From: an uncultured Roseibium sp.
GTDB taxonomy: Bacteria; Pseudomonadota; Alphaproteobacteria; Rhizobiales; Stappiaceae
Length of the DNA stretch: 64,000 nt
NCBI GenBank assembly: GCA_963669205.1
Contig: OY769915.1
Coordinates: forward strand, 2,199,063 to 2,263,062
Reading direction: 5' to 3'
Shown here one piece after another: positions 28,248 through 37,400 of the stretch; position 1 is the stretch's first letter, and each line of letters starts with the position of its first letter. The notes below the pieces were generated by a model. That model had not been told where the DNA came from, made no database searches, and saw only the letters and a program-made list of their open reading frames with translations. The translations under genes and the position numbers were made by a program.

Positions 28248-28973
28248 TTAGGCAGCTGCTTTGGGTTTCTTGCGGGTGCCCGTAAGGTAGAGACCTGTCA
28301 GTCCAAAGGCGAGCAACAAACCGGCAGCGGGCAACGGCACGGGTGTCACGCTCACCAGGTTCTGACTGTATCTCGTTCCATTCCGGTAACCGAGTGACTC
28401 GTAATAGTCGACTTGATAGGACTGGGTGATCTGGCCGCCAAGGTTGCCCAGAAATGCATTTGCAGCATCGACAGCGCCCATGCTGGCCACTGTGCTGAAC
28501 GTTCCGTTTTGAACATCCAGCGTTCCGGACGACTCGTAGGCAATTTCCCAAAGCGCAAGCTGGAAGCCGGCGGATTGATTGTCGTTGCTAAGGTCCAGGT
28601 CAAGGTAGGCGGTTTCGAACAGGCTTTCAATATTGGTCTTTTGCGTATCGCTGAAGGAGAACGTGTTTGAGAACGGCGCGTTGGTCATTTCGTACAACCC
28701 CTTCAACGTGAGGGAATGCGCGATATCAAGGCACCAGGCGACGAGATCAAAATTGTTGGTCGTATCCGTAATCCGGAACCCTCCGGCTCTGACCCGTTGG
28801 TTCAAGTTTGGAGTTCCGGTGTTGATAATTCTAAGCGTCTCGTTGCCGCCACCGCCGAATATGTCGCTGTATGTTTTCCCGAGTTTTACAGGCGCCGCCG
28901 AAGCTGCAACGGAGCTGATCGCCAGGAATCCGAGCGCTGACAAATACGACAACAGTTTCATGATCGAAAACAC
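28248..28973 (-). CDS. secreted protein with VPLPA-CTERM exosortase sorting signal, encoded inside the exosortase operon
   Basis: It has a signal peptide (…LAISSVAASAAP). The C-terminus is VTPVPLPAAGLLLAFGLTGLYLTGTRKKPKAAA. Internal AWCLD and GFQLALWEI motifs are discussed in the findings. Confidence 0.85.
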   Translation of the reverse strand: MFSIMKLLSYLSALGFLAISSVAASAAPVKLGKTYSDIFGGGGNETLRIINTGTPNLNQRVRAGGFRITDTTNNFDLVAWCLDIAHSLTLKGLYEMTNAPFSNTFSFSDTQKTNIESLFETAYLDLDLSNDNQSAGFQLALWEIAYESSGTLDVQNGTFSTVASMGAVDAANAFLGNLGGQITQSYQVDYYESLGYRNGTRYSQNLVSVTPVPLPAAGLLLAFGLTGLYLTGTRKKPKAAA

Positions 28974-29204
28974 CTTGAGTTGAATAGTCAGTTGTTTAAA
29001 ATTTTAGTGTTCACCGAGTACCACGCACGTGTGTCGCTCTCAAGAGTTTCGTGCAGACGCGGAAGCAAGTTCTTCAATAATGGTTACCAAGGCAGCCTGA
29101 TGCACTGAATTAGGTGCAAAAATGTCGTACTGAATTGGCGTGATAACTAAATTTACGCGTGGAAGACCTGCTGAGGCACATCGAGATGTGCTCCGAATAG
29201 GAAT

Positions 29205-30047
29205 TTAATAATAGTAATCTTCAGTTTGTGCGTCTTCGCATTTGTTTAGAACTATCCCGAGAAGCTTGTCGAGTTCGTTTATTTGCAATTCGCACTCGTC
29301 CACCTCTGCCGTCGTTGTTGTTCCAGATGCAACAACAAGAAGAGAAGTATCAATCCTTGGTAGAAAACCGAGGGCATCGTCGCTGCTTTTCATCGGAGGA
29401 AGGTCAAACAGCACGATTTCCGGCGACAATTCCCTTTCGATAAAATCGAAGAGTTCGAGCATTCTGGGCGCTTGGAGCAGTTCGGACGAAGCCGGCGTAT
29501 GACCGCTGTTTAGACCTAGAGTGAGATTTGGGTCAACTTGAACAAAGCAATCACGTGCTTCATCGGCTCGTTCAAGAAGATATTGGGCGATCGACCGGTC
29601 GGGTTCGATGTTCAGCGTCGGCGCGATAGAAGGTCTTCTCAGATCCAGGTCGACAACGACCGTCTTGAGCCCTGGATTGCGCGACAGGCTGAATGCGAGA
29701 TTGAGCGTGACCATGGTCTTGCCGCATCCGGGCGTCGGGGAGGTAATTGCAAGCGACTTCCACTTGTTGTCGGACATGGCCTGCCGCACACGTGTGCGCA
29801 GGAGATTGAACGCAATGTGGTTCGGATCGTCCATCGACTTAGAGACGATACGCTTCTTCTCCAGGTGCCTGGAATCGATCTGCACTTGACGAAGCGCGGG
29901 CTTTTCAGCAACTGGCTTGCGGTCCACCGAAGCGATGTTGTTAACGGGTTTTTGCGGTTCTGGCGCGGGAGCCGCATCGGCTGTGGCCGGAGCAATCGCT
30001 TCGTCCAAAACGCCAGCCTTCTTCAGCGCACTTTTGATGTGTTCCAC
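29205..30047 (-). CDS. BY-kinase-type P-loop ATPase (EpsG-like chain-length determinant tyrosine kinase)
   Basis: Walker A is ITSPTPGCGKTMVTLNLAFSL, Walker A' is VVVDLDLRRPS and Walker B is IVLFDLPP. The C-terminal tyrosine cluster is ...TEDYYY. It is encoded directly downstream of the Wzz-like gene. Confidence 0.8.
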   Translation of the reverse strand: MEHIKSALKKAGVLDEAIAPATADAAPAPEPQKPVNNIASVDRKPVAEKPALRQVQIDSRHLEKKRIVSKSMDDPNHIAFNLLRTRVRQAMSDNKWKSLAITSPTPGCGKTMVTLNLAFSLSRNPGLKTVVVDLDLRRPSIAPTLNIEPDRSIAQYLLERADEARDCFVQVDPNLTLGLNSGHTPASSELLQAPRMLELFDFIERELSPEIVLFDLPPMKSSDDALGFLPRIDTSLLVVASGTTTTAEVDECELQINELDKLLGIVLNKCEDAQTEDYYY

Positions 30048-30088
30048 GCAGCGTATCTCCGAGTTTCGCGTATGAGCGGCTTAAGGGC

Positions 30089-31648
30089 TTACAGCAGGTT
30101 GAATTGTGCCATGAACGGTTCAACAATGTGCCAGACCCGTTCAGCAAGAAGATCGATCGGCTGGACATATTGGTGAACAACCGCCAGAACACCCATTATA
30201 CCCAGCAAGAAAAGGCAGACAGTTAAGATTCGGCGAGATATCCGACGAATCCTTTCCCGTCTTGTGGTTACATAGGGGATCACGGCGATCGGTCTGACCT
30301 TCAAGCGCCGTTCAAGGTCACCTGCCGTGCGGATGCTGTTGTCGAAGAATTCAAGAAGCAGGACCAGCGCTGCGCCGATTGCAATCGCGCCGCCGCCGCC
30401 GGCAGCTACTATCTGTGTGCGGTTCGGTTTGGTCGCCTCTTCGGGAACGGTGGCCTGTTCCAGCACTTCGAAACGCTCCGCTTGCCGGTCTTCCTCCAGC
30501 CGTTCACCGATTTCCGCGTCGGTGAGTTTCAGCTTTGTCTGATTGAACTCGTACTGAAGATTTTCGTAATCGCGGACCATCGCGGAAAGCTCGACTTCGA
30601 TAACCGGGGTTTTTGCGATGCTTTCTCTCAGTTCGTTGGCCTTGCGCTGCAGGCTAGCCTTCTCTGCAAGGAGCAGGTTCTCCCGCGCCTCCGGATCGGC
30701 CGTGAAACCCTCTTGTTCCATCTGCGACTTGATCGCCGCAATATCTATCTCCACCTGTGCAATTTGCCTGTCCAGGTCATCCATTGTCCGCTGGGATACG
30801 AAACCCTTTTCCAACAGCGGGCCAAGGAGTTCGCGTCGCTCAACAAAGGAGTCGAAGTCCAGTTCCCTGGACTGGAGGCGATACACGAGTTGTTTTGCTT
30901 CGGCGTCCGTGGCCGTACCCGTACTTAGGCCCGAATTCTGAGACAAACGGATTTGTTGATCGAGTGAGTCAATCTGCTCTGCGATTTCGGAGAGGTCCTC
31001 GCGGCGCATGGCGAGCGTTTCAGGAAGCGCGTTTTCGTTGTCGCGCTTGTACTCGGCCATTTTCCTCTCCAGTAACACGAGATCACTCTCAAGTTGCTGA
31101 AGTTGTTGCTGGAAGAAGTTGCTGGTTTCAGCGGCTCGCCGGAGACGGGTTTCGAGATTTTGCGAAAGAATAGACGTTACCAACTCGTTCGCGACGCGAG
31201 CTGCTGTGATGGCACTGGTGTATTGGAAAGACACATCGAAGCCAATGACTTGCGTGTTTCTTCCTGAGCTTGCGATCGCTATCTGTTCGATAGAAATTGC
31301 CTCCCGCATTTCTTCAACAACTTCTGTTGGGGAAAGCGTTCCAGCTTTGTTTGTTTGGTAGAGCGAAAACTCGTTGGCAATGCTCAGCAGATTGTCGCGA
31401 GCCAGAAGACGTTGTTCGATGACCTTGATGCGTTCTCTAGGAGAGGCAGTCACGGTCGTGGACGCCAACTCTGTTGGGATGCGCTGCGACTCGATCAAGA
31501 TCGTCGCTTTCGCTTCGAAACTCCGAGGCAGCGTGAAAGCGAATGCGGTCACCATCGAAAATACGAGGATCGCAGGAATGAGAAAGTAAAGATACCTGCG
31601 TTTCGCGATCGAAATTATCGCACTGAGATCAAAACCGTGTTCCATCAA
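30089..31648 (-). CDS. polysaccharide chain-length determinant (Wzz/PCP, PEP-CTERM-locus type)
   Basis: An N-terminal TM segment (YLYFLIPAILVFSMVTAFAF) is followed by a Wzz motif region and a long coiled-coil periplasmic domain. A second TM segment (IVAAGGGGAIAIGAALVLLL) lies near the C-terminus. There is no kinase domain; the kinase is the next gene. Confidence 0.85.
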   Translation of the reverse strand: MMEHGFDLSAIISIAKRRYLYFLIPAILVFSMVTAFAFTLPRSFEAKATILIESQRIPTELASTTVTASPRERIKVIEQRLLARDNLLSIANEFSLYQTNKAGTLSPTEVVEEMREAISIEQIAIASSGRNTQVIGFDVSFQYTSAITAARVANELVTSILSQNLETRLRRAAETSNFFQQQLQQLESDLVLLERKMAEYKRDNENALPETLAMRREDLSEIAEQIDSLDQQIRLSQNSGLSTGTATDAEAKQLVYRLQSRELDFDSFVERRELLGPLLEKGFVSQRTMDDLDRQIAQVEIDIAAIKSQMEQEGFTADPEARENLLLAEKASLQRKANELRESIAKTPVIEVELSAMVRDYENLQYEFNQTKLKLTDAEIGERLEEDRQAERFEVLEQATVPEEATKPNRTQIVAAGGGGAIAIGAALVLLLEFFDNSIRTAGDLERRLKVRPIAVIPYVTTRRERIRRISRRILTVCLFLLGIMGVLAVVHQYVQPIDLLAERVWHIVEPFMAQFNLL

Positions 31649-31693
31649 TCCTAACCGTTTTCGCTCGACGCGCCCTGAAATTAGCCGGAACTC

Positions 31694-34138
31694 TTAGTCC
31701 GATTCGGGCGTCGCAGATTGGTTCTCCAGACGCTCAATCGTTTGTCGCGCTTGTTCGAGATCTTGTTCTGTCATAACTGTCTTAAGATCAAGTGCCTTTT
31801 CAAGCGCTGCAATTGCCTGCTTCTCTTGGTTCAACTGTGCAAGCGCCATGCCATAGTGAAAATGGGCGAGACCCATGGTCGGCAGGTTCTGCGAGGCATT
31901 TCTCAAGAGCGGAAGCGCGGAAGAGTATTCGCCGCGCAAGTAGTAAATCCAGCCAAGCGTATCCAGATATTGCGGAACTTCCGAAGTCCTGAACCTCTGG
32001 GCAATCTCGAAAGCCCGATCCAGGGATGCCTGATCCCCTTTGCGCTCTGACAAAAGGCTGGCAAGGTCATTTGCGACGATGGTTGAGTCCGGATCGGCAG
32101 CAAACATGGCTTCGTACTGCGCTATCGCCTCGTCGAAGCGTTCAGCCTGTTGCAAAATTGTAGTAAGCATAAGCTGCAAGCCGGCGTTTGTTTCCTCTTT
32201 TGCCAAACCGGCGCGAATCTCCGCCTCGGCATTTTCAGGCTGATTGGTTGCCATGTAGAACTTCGCGAGAGATGTGTTTCCCAGGGCGCTTTCAGGATCT
32301 GTCGAGGCTAGTTTGTAGGCACTTTCGGCCTCATCCAATCGGCTTTGCGCCAAATAAACCGACCCCAAGAGCGTTCTAGCCAGCGTGTTGTTCGGTTCAT
32401 CCTCCAAAACGGCTTCCAGGTGTTCCTTGGCAGCTTCGTGCCGTCCGGCCTTGACGAACGCTCCGATCAGGTCAGGAAGAAACTCCGTTTCACCTTCTGT
32501 CCCGGTCATGGAATCCTGCAGGAGAGTGATGCTCTCCTCGTGCCGGTCCTGACCACCCAGCGCTGCTGCATAAATCTTGTCAGCGGCTCCATCCTCGACG
32601 TTCGGTGCCTGACGCATCACCTCGGCGATTTCCTGTGCGCCGGCCCAGTCTCGCTTCGCGAGCTTTTGCTGCGCTAGGATGGACAGAACCCGCGTGTTGC
32701 CCGGATGGCGCTCCCGTATAGTCTCGAGGACGCGCTCTGCCTGGTCGGATCTGCCGTGGCGCATGAGGAATTGAACCAGTGGCAAACCGGCTTCCGGTGA
32801 ATTGTTGTCGAGCGCCAGAGCTTTTGAATATTGCTCTTCAGCGAGTACAGAAGCGCCGTCCCGCTCGTAGGCTGCGCCGAGCATCGTGCGCAAGCGGGCA
32901 TTTTCCGGCGCCTCATTTAGTGCCAGAAGAATATCGTCAATAGCGCCGTTGATGTCATTTTGCGAAGTCTTGATCGAAGCGCGCAATCGAAGAGCCTCTA
33001 CGTTCTTTGCGTCGCTATCAAGCACCTCGTTAACCAGCTCCCCGGATTGAGCAATGTCGCCTTCTTGCCCGTACATCATGGCCAGCAGGATGCGCGCCTG
33101 GTTTTTTTGCTCCGTGTCATCGGTCTCGGATATGACGGATTGCATGACACCAATCGCTTCAGCGCCCTGACGGGACCTGAACATCAGCTCGCCGAGGGCG
33201 ATTTCAAGCGGAAACGTGTTACCGCCCGCCTTGTCGCGTTCCGCGATGATTTTCTCGAGTTCGGAGCGGGCCGCGTCCAAACCTTTCTGCGTGCCAAGGA
33301 AGGTTACCAGCGCGAGTTGCGCCTGATCTTCCGACCGACGGTTCGCTGCGAACTGCCGCATTACACGTTCTGCATCTTCGGGTCTGTTATTGACGAGATG
33401 CCAGCGGACCCAGGCCTGACTGAACTGATTGTTCTCCGGCAGCGCTTCGACCAGGCTCGCGAAAAGATCCTCGATTGCTTCTTCGTCCCCCAGCGCCTCG
33501 AGTACCGAAAGTTTCAACACTTGCAGGCTGACATCGTTGAGGCTGTCCGCCGGTGCGGTGTTCAGCACCTTCAGAGCGCCCTCCGGATCGTTGGCGATCA
33601 TGCGCGCAGACGCCATCACGATCAGGGCATCCGTTGAGCCAGGCTGAGCTTTCAGGGCCTCTTCAGCGAGCTTTTCCGCCTCTTCGCGATTGCCGGCCCT
33701 GAGTTCGAAGGTTGCCCGGGCTACCAGGACACCAGGATCATTCGGAGCGATCTTCATCGCTTCCGTGAGATATTTCTCTGCTTGTTCAGTCTGGTTCGCT
33801 GTCAGCAGAATGTAGACGAGCTTCAGGCGCGAGGGCAGGTGTTCGCTATCTTGCTCCGAGACACCGAGGAACAATCTGTAGGCGCCTTGGACTTCACCTT
33901 CGGCTTCCTGAACCTCCCCGAATGCAAACAGTGCGTCGGTGTGGTCGGCATTCAGCTTAAGTGCGTTACGGAACTCGAGGCTAGCCGAGGTGAGGTCACC
34001 CTCTTCGACAAGTTCAAGTCCGCGCTTGTAATGATTTTCCGCTCTTTCTTCTGAAGAACTGCATCCGACTAAAAACATTAAGCCAAAAATCGTCACAAAA
34101 TAAGCGACTGCCTGCTTAAAACGCGGCGCCGTAGTCAT
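31694..34138 (-). CDS. prsT: PrsT-like TPR-repeat lipoprotein of the exosortase/PEP-CTERM system
   Basis: The lipoprotein signal MTTAPRFKQAVAYFVTIFGLMFLVGCSSS has the lipobox LVGC. It is followed by about 800 aa of consecutive TPR repeats. The start at the 26th codon of the track ORF was derived arithmetically from the ORF coordinates. Confidence 0.78.
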   Translation of the reverse strand: MTTAPRFKQAVAYFVTIFGLMFLVGCSSSEERAENHYKRGLELVEEGDLTSASLEFRNALKLNADHTDALFAFGEVQEAEGEVQGAYRLFLGVSEQDSEHLPSRLKLVYILLTANQTEQAEKYLTEAMKIAPNDPGVLVARATFELRAGNREEAEKLAEEALKAQPGSTDALIVMASARMIANDPEGALKVLNTAPADSLNDVSLQVLKLSVLEALGDEEAIEDLFASLVEALPENNQFSQAWVRWHLVNNRPEDAERVMRQFAANRRSEDQAQLALVTFLGTQKGLDAARSELEKIIAERDKAGGNTFPLEIALGELMFRSRQGAEAIGVMQSVISETDDTEQKNQARILLAMMYGQEGDIAQSGELVNEVLDSDAKNVEALRLRASIKTSQNDINGAIDDILLALNEAPENARLRTMLGAAYERDGASVLAEEQYSKALALDNNSPEAGLPLVQFLMRHGRSDQAERVLETIRERHPGNTRVLSILAQQKLAKRDWAGAQEIAEVMRQAPNVEDGAADKIYAAALGGQDRHEESITLLQDSMTGTEGETEFLPDLIGAFVKAGRHEAAKEHLEAVLEDEPNNTLARTLLGSVYLAQSRLDEAESAYKLASTDPESALGNTSLAKFYMATNQPENAEAEIRAGLAKEETNAGLQLMLTTILQQAERFDEAIAQYEAMFAADPDSTIVANDLASLLSERKGDQASLDRAFEIAQRFRTSEVPQYLDTLGWIYYLRGEYSSALPLLRNASQNLPTMGLAHFHYGMALAQLNQEKQAIAALEKALDLKTVMTEQDLEQARQTIERLENQSATPESD

Positions 34139-34562
34139 GAAAACTGCTCCTGCAAACTGCCGTATCATCGCAACACTAAAATAGGCGCTCGTTGTTAAAA
34201 ATTCGAGGCACAATTTTGTTAGAATTCTCTTAAGGTTAAATCTTGGTCGTTTGATGACGGCTGCCTTTTCGGTTTACCTCGAATTTTTCCGTCAAGTTTG
34301 TTGAAAACCTTCGGCCACAGCGCATTCGTGCGCGGGCAAACAAGATTAGCTGCGCATCAATCATTCGAAGATGCGGGCGAATTCTCGGAACGCCGGCAAA
34401 AGAACGGATACACAGTGGATGTTTGCCTGGCGCGTCGCGAAATTTCGAGCCGCTTCGGGTTTTGGTTCGCATCATTCCCGCGCCCTGACATAGAAGGTCC
34501 GGCTGCCACGAAAAGTTGCCATGAGCGGAAGACAGAGCAGGGGATCGCGCAGGCTGAGGCGA

Positions 34563-34796
34563 TCAGGCATTCTTTGTTTTCTGGATAAACAAAACCGCTG
34601 TCATCACAAGCACCGTCAACGGCCAGACCACGGCGGAAACAAGTGCTGCCACTAGCTGAACCATTCCGGTTCGCCGCGACTCCGCCAGCTCCATTGCGCT
34701 AAGTGCGAAAAACACAAATGAGATCGCGCAATACACAACCAGCCCAAATCCAATCATTAAAAACATTATCGAAAATCCCGCCGCTGCGACGCGCAA
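34563..34796 (-). CDS. small two-TM membrane protein (hypothetical)
   Basis: 77-aa ORF with two clear hydrophobic helices separated by ELAESRRTG. It lies at the head of the prsT operon. No recognisable family. Confidence 0.35.
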   Translation of the reverse strand: MRVAAAGFSIMFLMIGFGLVVYCAISFVFFALSAMELAESRRTGMVQLVAALVSAVVWPLTVLVMTAVLFIQKTKNA

Positions 34797-35005
34797 CAGT
34801 TGATGCTCATGCGTTAAATATGGTTAAAAGTTTACTACGCTCGCGCAAAAATGGCAAAGGTACCGTTCTCACTCGGGGAACATTATCCTGTTCAATCGCA
34901 GCGACGAGGCTGGGTTTTGGGCCGTAAACCGCAAGGTTGAGCGATTGATTGCGCCGAGACATGTCTTGACCGGTGCGCTCACGTTTACGTGATGCCGCCG
35001 AATTG

Positions 35006-35662
35006 CTATGAACCCGGAGCATTTCTCTGCGAGGGAGCCCTGGTGAATGCCGCCGGTGTCTCGGCGGTCCCGTGCGCACGTTGCCGGGCGGCAGCTTCCG
35101 CCCACCAGAGGAGTTGTTTCACCGCCCGGTCGAGGTAGCCATCCCAGTGATCCGGGTCCAGGCCTTTAAGATAAGCGCCTGTTTCATCGAAGACCTCGTG
35201 CGCCCTGGGGACGTGCACCATCGCGGAGACCGGCAGGCATCCCAGCTCGGCAAGGTAGGTTCGCATGTTGACCGCAGCCCGTGCGCCGCCCCATTGCCCG
35301 GCCGAGTAGGTCACGATCGCGCTTGGCTTGTAGGAAAAGAGCGAGCTTCCGAAGTGGTTCAGGAGATGCGCGAGCGCCGGTGACATGGAATGATTATATT
35401 CAGGGCTCACCATGACATAGCCGTCGGCATCCTGGATGCGGCGGGCCAGATCTTCCAGTGCTTGCGGCGCCTTGCCCTTCGCGTAGGAAAAGTGCGGTTT
35501 GAACGGGCTTGGCTGATCGATCTTTAGCGGATCGACGAGTTCGTGCTGCACTTGATGTGCAGAGAGCCGGCGCACGCAGGCCTTTGCGACGCGTTCTCCC
35601 AGTCTTGCCGGACGTGGCGGTGTGCTCTCCCTTTCCGAGCCGATGAATACCAGGAATGTCAT
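35006..35662 (-). CDS. NAD(P)H-dependent FMN reductase family oxidoreductase
   Basis: MTFLVFIGSERE... and VSPEYNHSMSPALAHLLNH motifs belong to the FMN_red family. ATG at 35662; the track ORF begins 99 nt upstream. Confidence 0.82.
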   Translation of the reverse strand: MTFLVFIGSERESTPPRPARLGERVAKACVRRLSAHQVQHELVDPLKIDQPSPFKPHFSYAKGKAPQALEDLARRIQDADGYVMVSPEYNHSMSPALAHLLNHFGSSLFSYKPSAIVTYSAGQWGGARAAVNMRTYLAELGCLPVSAMVHVPRAHEVFDETGAYLKGLDPDHWDGYLDRAVKQLLWWAEAAARQRAHGTAETPAAFTRAPSQRNAPGS

Positions 35663-36078
35663 GAAACCCCGCCGCGTTGGTGTCGAGATTGACCCTAAAT
35701 GACCACCGCACAAAAATGAACGGGTTTCAGCCCGATAAGGCACCTGTTTCGGGAAATTCAAGCGTTAACAACGTAATACCTTTGCAATGCCTTTGATGTC
35801 GGCAAGACGCTTCGAAGCGCGGGAAATGGAGGTTCAGATCGCGCATTTCCTGAAAATGCGACTGATTTCCCAAAGAGAAAACTTAACAGTCGACAAATGG
35901 TATTAAATAGGTATTATATTTCCAATGACCGACGGGAGGGCCTTGCCTGTTGCCGGAGATGCAAAGAGCGCGGAGGCGAGGCTTGGCGCCGGACGAAGGC
36001 AGGCAGGCGTGCTTCGCGTCCTCGCGTCGGACTGGATCGAACAAGAAGAAACCAACGTTGAAAACAGGGAACAGCGCA

Positions 36079-37332
36079 ATGACACGTAAGTTACTCTCCT
36101 TGGCCTTGATCGGTACGGCCCTTGCAACAAACAGCGCCTTTGCGGAAGACGTCACGCTGACGATCGAAAGCTGGCGAAACGATGATCTGGCCCTTTGGCA
36201 GGAAAAGATCATCCCGGCATTTGAAGCGGCCCATCCCGGCATTAAGGTGAATTTCTCCCCGTCCGCGCCGACCGAGTATAATGCGGCCTTGAATTCCAAG
36301 CTGGACGCGGGCTCTGCCGGTGACCTGATCACCTGCCGACCCTTCGATGCGTCGCTTGCCCTGTTCGATGCGGGTCATCTTGTTGATCTCGACGACATGG
36401 AAGCCATGAGCAATTTCTCCGATGTCGCAAAGGCTGCCTGGCAGTCCGATGACGGGTCGGCAAGCTTCTGTGTTCCCATGGCCTCCGTGATCCACGGGTT
36501 CATCTACAACAAGGATGCGTTCAACGAACTCGGTGTTTCTGTCCCGGCGACGGAAGAGGAGTTCTTCGCCGTTCTGGAAAAGTTCAAGGAAGACGGCAAC
36601 TACATCCCGATGGCGATGGGCACCAACGACCAGTGGGAAGCGGCCACGATGGGCTACAACAACATTGGCCCGAACTACTGGAAGGGAGAAGAAGGGCGCA
36701 ACGCACTCATCCGCGGCGAGCAGAAGCTGACCGACGCGCAGTGGGTCGCGCCCTATGCGACGCTCGCCAAGTGGGGTCCTTACCTGGGTGACGGCTATGA
36801 AGCCCAGACCTATCCGGACAGCCAGAACCTGTTCACGCTCGGCCGGGCCGCGATCTACCCCGCCGGAAGCTGGGAAATTTCGGGCTTCAACAGCCAGGCC
36901 GATTTTGAAATGGGCGCGTTCAAGCCGCCGGTCCAGAGTGCCGGTGACACCTGCTACATTTCCGATCACACCGATATCGGCATCGGCATGAACGCGGCAA
37001 CCGAACATCCCGAAGCCGCGAAAACCTTCCTGGCCTGGGTTGCTTCACCGGAATTCGCCTCGATTTTCGGCAATGCACTGCCGGGCTTCTTCCCGCTGTC
37101 GAAAACGCCGGTTGACCTGGAAGACCCGCTTGCCAAGGAATTTGTCGGCTGGCGTGACGAGTGCGAAAGCACGATCCGCTCGACCTACCAGATCCTGTCA
37201 CGCGGTACGCCGAACCTGGAAAACGAGACCTGGGGTGCATCCGTGGCTGCCATCAAGGGCACCGAGACACCGGAAGCACTCGGCCAGAAACTGCAGGACG
37301 GTCTGGCCAGCTGGTACGACAAGCACAAGTAA
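36079..37332 (+). CDS. ABC transporter sugar-binding periplasmic protein (family 1 SBP)
   Basis: Signal peptide MTRKLLSLALIGTALATNSAFA. The mature protein is typical of CUT1 sugar-binding proteins. It is the first gene of a five-gene transporter operon. Confidence 0.9.
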   Translation: MTRKLLSLALIGTALATNSAFAEDVTLTIESWRNDDLALWQEKIIPAFEAAHPGIKVNFSPSAPTEYNAALNSKLDAGSAGDLITCRPFDASLALFDAGHLVDLDDMEAMSNFSDVAKAAWQSDDGSASFCVPMASVIHGFIYNKDAFNELGVSVPATEEEFFAVLEKFKEDGNYIPMAMGTNDQWEAATMGYNNIGPNYWKGEEGRNALIRGEQKLTDAQWVAPYATLAKWGPYLGDGYEAQTYPDSQNLFTLGRAAIYPAGSWEISGFNSQADFEMGAFKPPVQSAGDTCYISDHTDIGIGMNAATEHPEAAKTFLAWVASPEFASIFGNALPGFFPLSKTPVDLEDPLAKEFVGWRDECESTIRSTYQILSRGTPNLENETWGASVAAIKGTETPEALGQKLQDGLASWYDKHK

Positions 37333-37400
37333 GCTGCTTCACTGAAAACCGCACCCGGGCGGGGACCTCCTCGTCCGGGAAGCACTGACCGGAGCTTCGA

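Noticed and set aside
36091-37008. 305-aa minus-strand ORF opposite the sugar-binding protein gene
   Set aside because: It is an antisense shadow. The plus-strand frame has a signal peptide and an SBP-like sequence.
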